A stretch of 64,000 bases of DNA from Kofleriaceae bacterium (GTDB lineage: Bacteria; Myxococcota_A; Polyangia; Haliangiales; Haliangiaceae), in NCBI GenBank assembly GCA_965215005.1, contig CBDCCZ010000061.1:123055-187054 (forward strand), given 5' to 3'. The notes under the pieces are model-generated. The model was given only the letters and a program-made list of their open reading frames with translations, did no database searches and was not told where the DNA came from. Below are positions 26,074-38,127 of the stretch, piece after piece. How positions within the stretch are numbered: position 1 is the first letter of the stretch; each line of letters opens with the position of its first letter. Position numbers and translations under genes: made by a program.

Positions 26074-26730
26074 GTGCGTCTCGTGGGCCCGCTGCTAGCG
26101 ATGTCGATTCTCGCCGCGGGTTGCGGCGAGGAGCAGCGCTCCACCCCGTCTCCGGCTCCGGTAGAACCCACGGCCGAACCTGGGGGCCCTTCGGCACCTA
26201 CGTATCCGGCCACCACCGCCGGGCTCGAGCAGCTGCTCGCCGACCTGTTGACCGCGATCGCCACCGACCGAGCTCACGCTGTCGAAATGGCTGAAAATTT
26301 GGCTCTTCCGCACCCCGACGAGTGGTTTGCCGCGACGTTTGGTGACACCGTCGGGGCTCGCCTCGCGAGCGAATATCAGCGCGCGATCCGCCATTTCGAC
26401 GATCTCGTCGAAGTGCTCGCACGGCTCGCAGACAATGGCCAAACTCGCATCGTGGTCGAGCAATTCGACGATGCCGACGATCCGTCGGCGGTAGGCTACC
26501 AGAGCGCGGCGCTGGCCGCGATGGTCGCCCCGCTCCCACTCTACTCGGTGCGCATCAGCCAGAAATCGGGCCAGCAGACGTTTCACCTGTGGTCGTTCGT
26601 CTACGAGCAGGGCAGCTTCCGCTGGATCGGCAAGCTTCAAGAGCTCGCCAAGCCGGCGCCGCACGGGGAGCTCGATCTGCAGGAGTTCCGCAAGCGCGAC
26701 GTCGAAGAAATCATCGGCCGCGGCGACTGA
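26074..26730 (+). CDS. Hypothetical lipoprotein
   Basis: AAGC lipobox, Pro-rich linker, globular domain ending 'WSFVYEQGSFRWIGK'; start approximate. Confidence 0.65.
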   Translation: MRLVGPLLAMSILAAGCGEEQRSTPSPAPVEPTAEPGGPSAPTYPATTAGLEQLLADLLTAIATDRAHAVEMAENLALPHPDEWFAATFGDTVGARLASEYQRAIRHFDDLVEVLARLADNGQTRIVVEQFDDADDPSAVGYQSAALAAMVAPLPLYSVRISQKSGQQTFHLWSFVYEQGSFRWIGKLQELAKPAPHGELDLQEFRKRDVEEIIGRGD

Positions 26731-26989
26731 CCCACGTCGAGCCCCTCCGGGCAACGGCGGCCCGCAGCCCCTCCGGGCCCCGCCCCGGGGCGAGCAAGCG
26801 GTCGGAGCGCAAGCGAAAAAGCGGCGGATCGCATCGCAGCTCGAGGCTCGCCGACCACCGATCCCTCGCCGCCGAACAAACTTTTTGGCAAGCCTGCGAA
26901 CGCGGCGATTTGCCGCACGAGCCCCTCGTAGTAGCTTCGAGCAGATAGCTATTATCCCGCAGCCTCGAAGCTAGCAGGAGCCCAGTTAC

Positions 26990-28576
<1,587 letters not shown>

Positions 28577-28639
28577 GGCTGCATTGAACGCGCGCGAGGG
28601 CCGGTCGATAGTCATCGGCTCTCGCGCCTCGCGCGCCTG

Positions 28640-29206
28640 TCAGCTCACGCGCACGTCGTCTGCGAGCACCGCCGCCAGCTCCTCCAGGGAACCAGCGGTC
28701 GTCACTCGATAGCTCGGCGGTCCCGATGCAAGTGGACTCTGCCACTCTTGCCAATGGAGCGGCACTTGGGGACTTGGCTGCTGCAGCCGCGCAAGCGCGC
28801 GACCGTCTCCCGCGAGCAGCTCGACGACGAGCAGCGCTCTGCCTCTAGCGCCGCCACTGGCGGCGATCCAGCCGAGACGATGGCGCACCGGCCACGGCAG
28901 CTGCAACACCCGGTCGGCATCGCAAAGCTCGCAGACGAGTGCGCCGCCGCGGCGAGCAACCCGAACCACCGCGGTGGCACGCTCGAGCAGAGCCACCGCA
29001 ACGAGCGCGCAAACAAACGCCGACCAGCACGCCCAGCTCGCCAGCCGCACCGGCGCGATCGGCAGCCTCGGCGCCAGCAGCAGCAGCGCCGAGGCCACGA
29101 CCACCAGCCCCACCGCGAGCGATGCGGCACCTCGCGCACGCTGCGCGTCGCCGACCGCGAGCGCACGCACCTCGCACAGAACGAGCTCCGAGCTATCAAC
29201 GTTCAT
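28640..29206 (-). CDS. Hypothetical membrane protein
   Basis: Two hydrophobic segments followed by a soluble part; fills the gap between pckA and the next gene. Confidence 0.5.
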   Translation of the reverse strand: MNVDSSELVLCEVRALAVGDAQRARGAASLAVGLVVVASALLLLAPRLPIAPVRLASWACWSAFVCALVAVALLERATAVVRVARRGGALVCELCDADRVLQLPWPVRHRLGWIAASGGARGRALLVVELLAGDGRALARLQQPSPQVPLHWQEWQSPLASGPPSYRVTTAGSLEELAAVLADDVRVS

Positions 29207-29308
29207 TCACCAGCATCGTGCCCCCTCGTGGTAGAGGGCAAAAGGCGTGAGAGCACCGAATCGCACCGCGCCCTTCCCCACCCATGAACGTTGTATGGTG
29301 TCGCCAGC

Positions 29309-30955
29309 ATGCGCATGGTGTTGACCAATGTCGCGGCCGCCGAGTACCTGCTCGAGCTGCCGAGTGCCGCGGAGGGCGACAAGGACGTTTTAGCGTTCGA
29401 AGACGTCTCGGGCCTCACTGGCGTCATCGCGCTCGACGAAGAGCGCATGACCCTGCACGAGCTCGCGGCTGATGACTTACGCCTGCGCGCCGCCAGCTGG
29501 CACTTGCCCGAAGGCGCCGCAACGCTTGGCGCCGCCGCCACCGCACGCGGTTTTCACATCGACTGCACCATCGATTCCACCGGCCAAGCGCCGCCGTTCA
29601 CCGGCAATATCGAAGCTGATCTCGTCGATGCTTCGAGCATCACGTTGCAGCTCGGCGGCCAGCGCTTCAGCGCCGCCGTTCGTTGCGAACGACTCGCGAT
29701 CGACGTCGGTCTCGACAACGGCACGGCGATCGTCGGGCATCTGGAGATTCGTGAGCTCTCGAGCTCCCTCGGAGGCCTCGAGGTGCGTGCGGCGCGAGCG
29801 ACCCTGCGCAGCGCGCGCGTCAGCTGGGGCAGCGCAGGGCTGCAGCTCGAAAGCGCCGCCGCTACGTTCTCCGGCCTCAGCCTCTCCTTTGGCGAGCTCG
29901 AGCTCGCCATCGATCATCTCGCGTTTCCACTCGGCTTCATCATCGCTGGCGAGCACTTTCATGCCGGTGAAATGCACCTCGACAAGCTTGAGCTGTTGCT
30001 GGCGGATCTATCCGCGTTCACCGCGCCGCCAGAAGCGGAGCCAGAAGCGCCGCCAGAAGCGGAGCCAGAAGCGGAGCCAGAAGCTCAGCCTGCGTCCACC
30101 GCCGGCTTCGAGCTCGACCTTCGCATCCTCGACCAGCTAACGGGCAAGGTCGACGTCGACGCCACCGTCGATGCCACCGTGCCGGTGATCGGCCGGCGCA
30201 AAGCCACCCACCATTTTCGCGTTCCGATCAGCGATGGCACCCTCAACTACCGCGAGCTGGAGCGCGACCTCTCGCGGCTCGAAGATGCCATTCTCGATAT
30301 CGAGGTGCGCAACGACAAGCTGGTGCTCGAACGCGGCGTACCGCTGCTGGGCCTTCATAAGCCGATCGTCGTGTGGGACCTCGATGACGCCGAGCTGGCT
30401 CTGGCCCGCAAGCGGCTCGTTCGCCTGCGCACGCTGCCGCGCGCACGATTGCCGCGCAGCAAGACGAGCTCTGACGAGCGCGGTGAGGACAAATCGAAGG
30501 TGGCGCTGCGCCGACTCGAGGTTGGCAACGTGCGTGTCGAGCTGGCGATGCCAAAGGAAGCGTCCATCCCGCTCGAGGGCCTGATCACCGGTATGACGCT
30601 CGGCAAGCTCTTGGTGGCCGGCAACCTGCACTACGACGCGCGGCGTGCTCTGGAGCCGACGTCGCTGTCGATGACGGCCGAGGCGCTCCAGCTCGGCTTG
30701 ACTGGCCTCGATCTCGGCAAGGTTAAGCTCGATGTGGGCATGCTCGAGCTCGCCGACGTCGAGCATGCGGCGCTGCAGTTCGAGGCGCTCACTCCCAAGC
30801 GCCTAGTGGCGTCGCTGCGCGGGCTCCATGCTCGCTCCGTCGGCACGCGCGATCCAGCCGCGCCGGCGCCGCCATCGCAATTTCGTCCCCGCCGCGATGC
30901 GACCGAAGACGCGTCTGAGCCGCTGGCGGCCGAGCACGGAGCTAGCGAGGCCTGA
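29309..30955 (+). CDS. Hypothetical beta-strand-rich protein
   Basis: About 548-aa ORF with alternating hydrophobic pattern and a central PEAE repeat linker (about 30028-30084). Confidence 0.7.
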   Translation: MRMVLTNVAAAEYLLELPSAAEGDKDVLAFEDVSGLTGVIALDEERMTLHELAADDLRLRAASWHLPEGAATLGAAATARGFHIDCTIDSTGQAPPFTGNIEADLVDASSITLQLGGQRFSAAVRCERLAIDVGLDNGTAIVGHLEIRELSSSLGGLEVRAARATLRSARVSWGSAGLQLESAAATFSGLSLSFGELELAIDHLAFPLGFIIAGEHFHAGEMHLDKLELLLADLSAFTAPPEAEPEAPPEAEPEAEPEAQPASTAGFELDLRILDQLTGKVDVDATVDATVPVIGRRKATHHFRVPISDGTLNYRELERDLSRLEDAILDIEVRNDKLVLERGVPLLGLHKPIVVWDLDDAELALARKRLVRLRTLPRARLPRSKTSSDERGEDKSKVALRRLEVGNVRVELAMPKEASIPLEGLITGMTLGKLLVAGNLHYDARRALEPTSLSMTAEALQLGLTGLDLGKVKLDVGMLELADVEHAALQFEALTPKRLVASLRGLHARSVGTRDPAAPAPPSQFRPRRDATEDASEPLAAEHGASEA

Positions 30956-30984
30956 TCGGCTGAAGTTTGGCGACGCACGGCGAC

Positions 30985-31881
30985 TCACGGAGCGCGCACC
31001 GGGGCCCGTTGCATCAGCTCAAACACCGGCAATGCGACGCCCGCGAGGATGATCGCCCCGCCGATTACCTCGACCGTGGCGGGCACGGTTCCAAACACGA
31101 CGAAGCCGAGACCAAAGGCAAACACGGGGCTTATCAGCGTGAGCAGCGTGCTGTGCGAGGCGCTTAGCCACCGCACCGCATACATGATGCACAAGCGGGC
31201 GAAAAACGGCCCACACGCAGCCGCCGCCGCGCACAATACCCACGCCCGCCCCTCGAGCTCGAGCACCGCCGCCGCACGTCGCGGCAGCATGAGCAGCACC
31301 GCTGCCCCCAACCACAGCCGGGTGGCGTTGACCCACACCGGACGAATGCGATGGATGTGCTGGCGCGTAATCACGATCATCAAGCCAAAGCTAAGCGCTG
31401 ACACCAGCACCCACGTCGCGCCGACCAGATTGACCGCCGGCATCTGCTCCTGCGGCCACCGCATGACGCCAAAGCCGACGACCGCGAGCAGCGCGCCCAG
31501 CGCGAACCGGAGCGTGATGCGCTCGTTCAGGAGCGGCCACGCCAGCACCGCAACAAAGAGGATTTGCGTCTGCTGCAGGACGCTCACCACCCCCGCATCG
31601 AGAGTCGCCAGCCCTTCCGCCACCGCGGCGTTGCCAAGCGCGGTGAAGACGGCGAGCGCCGCCGCGACCGCCCATTCCGCGCGCCGACTCGTCGCCCCTT
31701 TGGCGGTGCGCAGCTGCGGCACCATCACCAGCGTGTTGAGAACCGCAGCGGAAATCAGCATGGCCACCACCACCCCCTCGCGATCGCCCAGACGCGCCGC
31801 GGCCTTGTAGGGCACCAGAAAGGCTGCTGCGCCGACCGCCGCCAGCATCGCCAGTGAAGTTCCTTTGGAGGCGTCAGTCAC
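30985..31881 (-). CDS. EamA/DMT-family transporter
   Basis: About 10 TM helices in two repeats; 'LAWPLLNERIT', 'ISPVFA..LGFVVFG'. Confidence 0.88.
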   Translation of the reverse strand: MTDASKGTSLAMLAAVGAAAFLVPYKAAARLGDREGVVVAMLISAAVLNTLVMVPQLRTAKGATSRRAEWAVAAALAVFTALGNAAVAEGLATLDAGVVSVLQQTQILFVAVLAWPLLNERITLRFALGALLAVVGFGVMRWPQEQMPAVNLVGATWVLVSALSFGLMIVITRQHIHRIRPVWVNATRLWLGAAVLLMLPRRAAAVLELEGRAWVLCAAAAACGPFFARLCIMYAVRWLSASHSTLLTLISPVFAFGLGFVVFGTVPATVEVIGGAIILAGVALPVFELMQRAPVRAP

Positions 31882-31996
31882 GCCGGCCGCACCTTACCCG
31901 GGATCGCCGGCCGGAGCCCTCGCGTGGTGATCAAACTCGTGCTGGTGAGCGATTGAAAGTAGCAAGTGGCACCTGTCGCCGTTAACGTAACTGCCC

Positions 31997-33010
31997 ATGA
32001 AGCCTTCGCTTGCCTCTGCTCTGGCCATCCTCTTCCTCTCTGCCGGCGGTTGCGGCCCCAGCGATGACCCGGGCGGCAGCGGCGATGAAGGTGGCGATGC
32101 AGGTGACGATCTAGGCGCAGCGCCCGATGCGCGTTCCGGGTCGGACAATGGCGAATTCGTCGATGCCGCGCCCGCCGAGAGCTGCGACAAGATGGACCTC
32201 GTCTTCATCGTTGACGACTCGATCTCGATGGCGCAGGAGCAGCGCACCCTCGCCGCCAACTTTCCGCGCTTCATCGAGGTACTCGACGGCTTCCAAACCC
32301 CAGCCGGCGACCTGCTCGATTATCGCGTCGCCGTGACCACCACGGGTCGCAGCTTCGCGCGGCGATTGCGCACCTCGGGGGGCACCTTTCCCAATGGCAC
32401 TACCAACGGCGCCGACGGCGCGTTCCAGCAAGACTGCGGCATGTCGCGGCGATGGCTCGAGCGCGGCGAGCCAAACCTCACCGAGACCTTCTCCTGCATC
32501 GCCAACGTCGGGGTGCGCGGACCCACCGACGAAATGCCACTGGCGAGCACTCGCGACGCCCTCGATACGCGCGTTGCCGATGGTACCAACGACGGCTTTC
32601 TTCGCGACGACGCGCTGCTGGCCATCGTCATCCTTACCGACGAGGACGACTGCTCGGTGCCCGGCGACGAATTCACGATCGATGATCAGACTCCAGCAGG
32701 AGATCAAGGCGCATGCGTTCCTGGACGCCCCGTAGAGCTCATTGACGTGTCCGACACCATCACGTTCCTCGATGCCCTCAAAGGAGCGCCCGGCCGCTGG
32801 GCCGCGGCAGTGATCGCCGGTCCGGGCCCCGATACTTGCAGCTCCGTCTACGGCGATGCGCTTCCCGCCAATCGTCTACTCGACTTCGTCGCGCAAAAAG
32901 CCCCTAACGCCAGCTTCAGCTCGCTCTGCGAAGGCGACCTGACTCGCGGCTTAGCGGACGCACTCGCGACCTTCGATGCCGCGTGCCGCTCGTTTCCTCC
33001 GGTTGAATAG
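31997..33010 (+). CDS. Myxobacterial-type vWA-domain lipoprotein
   Basis: AGGC lipobox; MIDAS-like DLVFIVDDSISM..EQ; GFLRDDALLAIVILTDEDDCS. Confidence 0.8.
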   Translation: MKPSLASALAILFLSAGGCGPSDDPGGSGDEGGDAGDDLGAAPDARSGSDNGEFVDAAPAESCDKMDLVFIVDDSISMAQEQRTLAANFPRFIEVLDGFQTPAGDLLDYRVAVTTTGRSFARRLRTSGGTFPNGTTNGADGAFQQDCGMSRRWLERGEPNLTETFSCIANVGVRGPTDEMPLASTRDALDTRVADGTNDGFLRDDALLAIVILTDEDDCSVPGDEFTIDDQTPAGDQGACVPGRPVELIDVSDTITFLDALKGAPGRWAAAVIAGPGPDTCSSVYGDALPANRLLDFVAQKAPNASFSSLCEGDLTRGLADALATFDAACRSFPPVE

Positions 33011-33035
33011 CGGGTTATCACCAGCAGCTCAGCTG

Positions 33036-34298
33036 CTATAGCCAGCTCTGCGGCATGCTCGCCGCCACCAGCTCCGAGACGCTGAAGGTTCGAAAGCCGG
33101 CGTCGTGTGAGACCTCGGCCGCAAACGTCGAAGGAAAGTACGTCCGCGCGAGCACCAGCGCGTTGGGATATCGCTGCGCCATCCGCAGCGCTATCCGCAC
33201 GTTGAGCGAATCATCCCCGGTCGCCAACACGAACACCGGTGCACCTGCGGAGAAGTCGTGGCTTTGCTCGAGCTGCTGCCACGTCGCTAGCGCGTCCATG
33301 TCGCCCGAGATTGCACGATGGCGATACTGGCCGCTAAAGCCGACCTCTTCAGCGAACTCCATGGCGCGTTCCTCCGCGTCGAGATCCATCAGCAACACCT
33401 CGGCGAGAGCGTCGGGGGCGCGCTCTTGCAGCTCAGCGAGCACCGTCTGGCCCAGACGGCCGAACCCAGCCAGCACCAACACGTCGCGAAACTCGGTGCG
33501 TAAGAAATGCGGGTGCAGCTCGGTGAGCACCAGGTGCTCGGCCGCCGCTTGATAGATGTTGAAGATGACGCACTCGCTGGCGACCTTGGTGCGCTTCATC
33601 AGCCTTCCCAAACGGAGATCGCCAACGTGCACCACGAAGCGATCGCCACGCCCCGGCGTCGTGGCCAGAATTTTGGCCGCGGCGTCGAGATTGGCGAAGT
33701 CGTTACCGGTGAGCATCAGGACCCGCCGCGCATGCTCGACCCGCAGGGTACTGAGCACGGCGGAGGTGCTTACATCGCCAATCACGACGCGAGCGCCATA
33801 GGTCTGCCGGGCCGCTGGCAGCAGCGGATGCTCGGGCCGGGCCTCCACGACCACGATCGGCACGTGTGGCTGACGCGCGCGCAGACACGCGAGATAGATC
33901 ATCGCGAGGCGACCGCAACCGCCGATCACCACGTGGTCGCGCAGTCGCCGCAACCGCCAGCGCTCGGGGTCGACCGCGCGCAAGATTCCTTCGACCACCG
34001 CGGTTGCCGTGAGTGCCGGCGCCGCAAAATACGCAAACCACAACAGGCCTTGTGCCAATGGCGGACCGGCGATGGGAGTACCCAAATCGAGCCCACCGAG
34101 CACGAACAGCCCGAGCGTGTAGTAGAGCTTGACGCCCAAATGCGCGCCCGCCACCGCGCGATCGCTGACTTCGCCGCGGAGCACGAAACCGGCAAAGCCA
34201 CTGCCGAACACCACCGCCACCGCCAGCCCACGCCATAAGAACCACCGCGCGCGGCGTGAATCTCGCACTTGTGCGCGCATGTTCGCTAACTCGCCCAT
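33036..34298 (-). CDS. Two-TM ion channel-like protein with two TrkA-N/RCK domains
   Basis: TM-loop-TM followed by [11 protein letters not shown] and VLAGFGRLG Rossmann motifs, [16 protein letters not shown]; start approximate. Confidence 0.78.
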   Translation of the reverse strand: MGELANMRAQVRDSRRARWFLWRGLAVAVVFGSGFAGFVLRGEVSDRAVAGAHLGVKLYYTLGLFVLGGLDLGTPIAGPPLAQGLLWFAYFAAPALTATAVVEGILRAVDPERWRLRRLRDHVVIGGCGRLAMIYLACLRARQPHVPIVVVEARPEHPLLPAARQTYGARVVIGDVSTSAVLSTLRVEHARRVLMLTGNDFANLDAAAKILATTPGRGDRFVVHVGDLRLGRLMKRTKVASECVIFNIYQAAAEHLVLTELHPHFLRTEFRDVLVLAGFGRLGQTVLAELQERAPDALAEVLLMDLDAEERAMEFAEEVGFSGQYRHRAISGDMDALATWQQLEQSHDFSAGAPVFVLATGDDSLNVRIALRMAQRYPNALVLARTYFPSTFAAEVSHDAGFRTFSVSELVAASMPQSWL

Positions 34299-34629
34299 TG
34301 CCGCGCGAGAATGCCGCTGCGGCACTGCCGCCGCAAGCGGGGCGTCGGCGCGATCAACCTCGGTGGTAGCCGCTAGTTCGAGCTCCAAGCGCCGCAACAC
34401 GCCTCTGGACGCGGCGCTCGGCCGCCTCCGAGGTTGTGGGAGGTAGCCGACAACCGCTGCGCGAGGCCCTACTTCGATCAGCGTTCTTCGGCCGTGCTCC
34501 GCACGAGTTGCGTTCGCTCACACGGAACCCGCGATGTAGGGAATCATCAGCACCTTGCGCTCGTGCTGGCATGGCTTGCTAGCGTTTGTCTCTTGTCGCA
34601 GCGCGGCCTTCCGTAGAGGATAGCCGGGC

Positions 34630-36087
34630 ATGCGTGTCCAACTGTTGGCGTTCTTCGCCGCGGCCGCGCTCCTGGGGCTCGCTACGACGGCATCCGCCGA
34701 GACGTACTTCGTGAGCTCTCGAGGAGACGATGCCGCGTCCGGCTCGGATTCCGCTCCCTGGAAGACGCTCCAGCGAGCCGCCGACACCGTGGCGCCAGGC
34801 GATCGAGTCATCGTTCGACCTGGCAATTATCGCGGATTCAATCTCGAAACCAGCGGCACCGCTAGCGCGCGCATTCGCTTCACCGCTGACGCCGGAGCAA
34901 TCATCGACGCGGACAACGCCGAGTCGCCGGACGGTATCAATCTCGAAGGGTCCTCGTTCATCGAGCTCACCGGCTTCACCGTCACCGGTGCGACCCGCGC
35001 CGGTATCCGCGCCGTCAACTGCTCGCAGGTTCTGATCGCCAACAATCGAGCCGACGAAAACGGCCGCTGGGGCATCTTCACCGCCTTCTGCGATGACCTG
35101 CGAATCGAGGCCAATGAGACCTCTCGCTCCGGCGACGAGCACGGCATTTACGTCTCGAACAGCGGCGACCGACCCGTCATCCGCCGCAATCTCGCATGGG
35201 GCAACAACAAGAACGGCATCCACATGAACGGCGACATCACCTTTGGTGGCGACGGCATCATCAGCGGCGCGTTGGTCGAGAACAACACCATCTATGACAA
35301 CGGCCGCAGCGGCGGTTCAGCAATCAACGCCGACGGCGTGCAAGACAGCACCTTCCGCAACAATCTCATCTACGGCAACTTCGCCACCGGCATTGCACTC
35401 TATCGCATCGACGGCGGCGGCCCCTCACGCGGCAACCGCATCGTCAACAACACCATCGTCATGCCGGGCAACAATCGCTGGTGCATTTTGTTACGCGACG
35501 GCGCCACCGGCACGCTCCTGCGCAACAACATCCTGTGGAACACCGACTCACGGCGCGGCGCCATCGATCTCTCTGCCGACAGCCGCACCGGCCTCGACAG
35601 CAACTACAACGCCGTCGTCGATCGATTCACCGTCGATGACGCCAGCAGCTATCTCACCCTCGGCGATTGGCAGCGGACCACGGGTCAAGACGGCCGATCG
35701 CTCGTCGCCTCGCCGGAGCAGCTCTTCGTCGATCCAGCCGCCGCTGACTATCACCTGCGCAGCGATGGGCCGGCCATCGATGCCGGCGATGCCTCCCTGG
35801 CGACTGAGAGCGACTTGGCGGGCAACGCGCGGGTGGTTGGCCGCGGCGTCGATCTCGGCGCCCTCGAGCACTGCGCTGGACGCTGCGTACCATCGAGCGG
35901 CGGCGGCGGTCCTGAGGACACGCCCCCCGACGACTCCGGCAGCCCAACGCCACCAGGTCCTTCCGAGCCAGGAAGTGGCGGTGCTGAAGAGCTCCGCGGC
36001 GGCTGTAGCACCACCAGCGGCGCTCGCGGTGGCCTATTGGTCATGCTCCTCGCCCTGCTCCTGATTCGTCGCCGCGCACTGCGTTAG
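34630..36087 (+). CDS. Secreted right-handed beta-helix protein with MYXO-CTERM-like anchor
   Basis: Signal peptide, YFVS..GDD..GS..APWKTLQRA, repeated GI/N beta-helix turns, DYHL..PAIDAG, GGC + TM + RRR. Confidence 0.88.
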   Translation: MRVQLLAFFAAAALLGLATTASAETYFVSSRGDDAASGSDSAPWKTLQRAADTVAPGDRVIVRPGNYRGFNLETSGTASARIRFTADAGAIIDADNAESPDGINLEGSSFIELTGFTVTGATRAGIRAVNCSQVLIANNRADENGRWGIFTAFCDDLRIEANETSRSGDEHGIYVSNSGDRPVIRRNLAWGNNKNGIHMNGDITFGGDGIISGALVENNTIYDNGRSGGSAINADGVQDSTFRNNLIYGNFATGIALYRIDGGGPSRGNRIVNNTIVMPGNNRWCILLRDGATGTLLRNNILWNTDSRRGAIDLSADSRTGLDSNYNAVVDRFTVDDASSYLTLGDWQRTTGQDGRSLVASPEQLFVDPAAADYHLRSDGPAIDAGDASLATESDLAGNARVVGRGVDLGALEHCAGRCVPSSGGGGPEDTPPDDSGSPTPPGPSEPGSGGAEELRGGCSTTSGARGGLLVMLLALLLIRRRALR

Positions 36088-36283
36088 CGCCCGCGACTGC
36101 GACCGCTACAACGACTCGCACGCCGCTGAGCCTCTTCTGGCAACTCCATTGGCCGTCACTCGAGTTGCTGGCGACCGCCGCCGACGTGCAATCGAGTGTG
36201 GGCACCTCGGCGGAGAGCTTGCGATTTCGCGGGATGTTCGCGGCCGCGAAAACGGAACCAAACTTGCTGAGTAGCGTAATCCA

Positions 36284-37321
36284 ATGCGCACGCTCAGTCT
36301 TCTCTTCATCTCCGTCCTCGCTTCGGCGTGTCTCATGGAAGACACAGATGATTGGCAGCTCGAGGCCCCAGCCGTCGACGAAGGCGACGCCAAGGCCGAT
36401 GGCGCCTGCTCGGTGTTTGGCACCAGCTACGGCGCGTATTGGAAGACGTGCCGCATCACCGGCCAGCAGTCCGCGCTCCTCGACGGCGAGGTCGTCTTCA
36501 CCATCGATGACGGCATCGGCTCGAGCACCGCCGCCATGGCCGAGACGCTTCATGCCGGCGGCGTCTCCGGCACGTTCTTCCCAGCAACCCACAATCTCGG
36601 CCGCAGCGAGCGGCTGGAGCGACTCGACATCGCTGCGCTGCAGTCACTTTGGCCGCAGGCAACGTCGCTATCGCTCGATCGGAGCGCGGTAATAAACGAG
36701 CTTGCATGGATTCCGCGGCTTGGTCACACCGTCGCAAACCACACCTACAGCCATCCGATTGCGCAGCCCTCGCGCGGCATCCCGAGCTTTCGCGACATGC
36801 GACCGGATCAACGGCAACGCGCCGAGGTGGTGGATTCTCACGAGCTGCTGGTCGGCGCGCTAACGCTGCTCGACGCCGAAGCTGGTTTCAATGGTACTGC
36901 GCAAGCATCACTGCTGCGTTTCTTCCGCTCGCCTGGCAATAGCTGGGATGAGCACGCCGCACGGGTCCTGAGTGTCGAGCCGCTTCGCGAGTATCGCGGT
37001 CCCGTTGGCTGGGACTTGCCGGCGTCAGGAGAGGAAGATTTTCGCTGCTGGTCCGAAGGGCTGTCGGTCGCGCAGTGCGGCGAGCGCTTCATTGCCGCCT
37101 ATCGGCGAATGCCCACGGGACAACAGCGCGCCATCATCTTGTTGCATGAGCATCCAAAGTCGGTGCAGCTTGCCAGCTACTTGATCAGCCGTTTTCGAGA
37201 GCTCAGCGCCGCGGGAACCAAAGCGGGAAATTGCATCAAGTTCGTCCCATTGCGCTGCACGGTGGGTTGTACGCGAGCGCTGCTACCCGCGCAGCAGCAG
37301 CGCTGTGCGCATCAGCGGTAA
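36284..37321 (+). CDS. Polysaccharide deacetylase (CE4/NodB) lipoprotein
   Basis: ASAC lipobox, DAKADG linker, FTIDDG, NHTYSH, FFRSPG, IILLHE. Confidence 0.85.
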   Translation: MRTLSLLFISVLASACLMEDTDDWQLEAPAVDEGDAKADGACSVFGTSYGAYWKTCRITGQQSALLDGEVVFTIDDGIGSSTAAMAETLHAGGVSGTFFPATHNLGRSERLERLDIAALQSLWPQATSLSLDRSAVINELAWIPRLGHTVANHTYSHPIAQPSRGIPSFRDMRPDQRQRAEVVDSHELLVGALTLLDAEAGFNGTAQASLLRFFRSPGNSWDEHAARVLSVEPLREYRGPVGWDLPASGEEDFRCWSEGLSVAQCGERFIAAYRRMPTGQQRAIILLHEHPKSVQLASYLISRFRELSAAGTKAGNCIKFVPLRCTVGCTRALLPAQQQRCAHQR

Positions 37322-37427
37322 CTACCGGCGGCAGCGTCGGGGAGCATGCCGCCCGCGCGTCCGTGTCACGTCGTCGACGTGAGCAAGCATAGGCAACCCG
37401 GCGTCCTGCGTGTCAGAGTCGCGGGCA

Positions 37428-38102
37428 ATGCAGCAGCAATTCTGGCAGCAGCGGTGGCAGGAAGGCCGCCTCGGCTTTCACCGCGATGAGATTCATCCCG
37501 ATCTCTTGGCGCATGAAGCAGCGTTTCTCGGCACCGAGCCCCGCCGCGTGCTCGTACCCCTCTGCGGCAAAACGCTCGACCTTCTCTGGTTGCGCGACCG
37601 CGGTCATGAAGTCGTCGGCGTAGAGTTCGTCGAGGCCGCCGCCGAGGCGTTCTTCGCCGAGCACCGCATCACGCCGCAGCGCTCGCTGGTGCACGGCGCC
37701 CGCAGCTACTCGAGCCCCGGCATCCAAATCGTGTGCGCCGATCTGTTCGCGGTTACCAACGCCATCGTCGGCGCTATCGATCGCATCTGGGATCGCGGCG
37801 CCATGGTTGCCATCGAGCCCGCTCGCCGCAACGAATATGCCCAACGCTTGCGGATGCTCACGGCCGAGGGAGGCCGCATGCTGCTGAATACCGTCGAGTA
37901 CGACCAGTCGGTCATGGAGGGGCCGCCGTGGTCCGTCGACGAAGCCACCGTCCGCGCGTGCTACTCCGGAGCAACCATCGAGCGGATAGAGCGGCGCAAC
38001 GTCATCGACGAGAGCACGTGGCGCGAACGCGGTCACTCGCATTGGTTCGACAACACGTTTTTGCTCGCCTTCGACGCAACCGCTACCGCCGGCTCTCGAT
38101 AA
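37428..38102 (+). CDS. tpm: Thiopurine S-methyltransferase-family protein
   Basis: FWQQRWQEGRLGFH, VLVPLCGKTLDL, WDRGAMVA, GPPWSV. Confidence 0.9.
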   Translation: MQQQFWQQRWQEGRLGFHRDEIHPDLLAHEAAFLGTEPRRVLVPLCGKTLDLLWLRDRGHEVVGVEFVEAAAEAFFAEHRITPQRSLVHGARSYSSPGIQIVCADLFAVTNAIVGAIDRIWDRGAMVAIEPARRNEYAQRLRMLTAEGGRMLLNTVEYDQSVMEGPPWSVDEATVRACYSGATIERIERRNVIDESTWRERGHSHWFDNTFLLAFDATATAGSR

Positions 38103-38127
38103 CCAACCAAGTAGCAAGGAGCCACGC

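Noticed and set aside
30028..30084. 12-bp repeat (CCAGAAGCGGAG) as a regulatory array
   Set aside because: It is in frame and encodes a simple PEAE linker.
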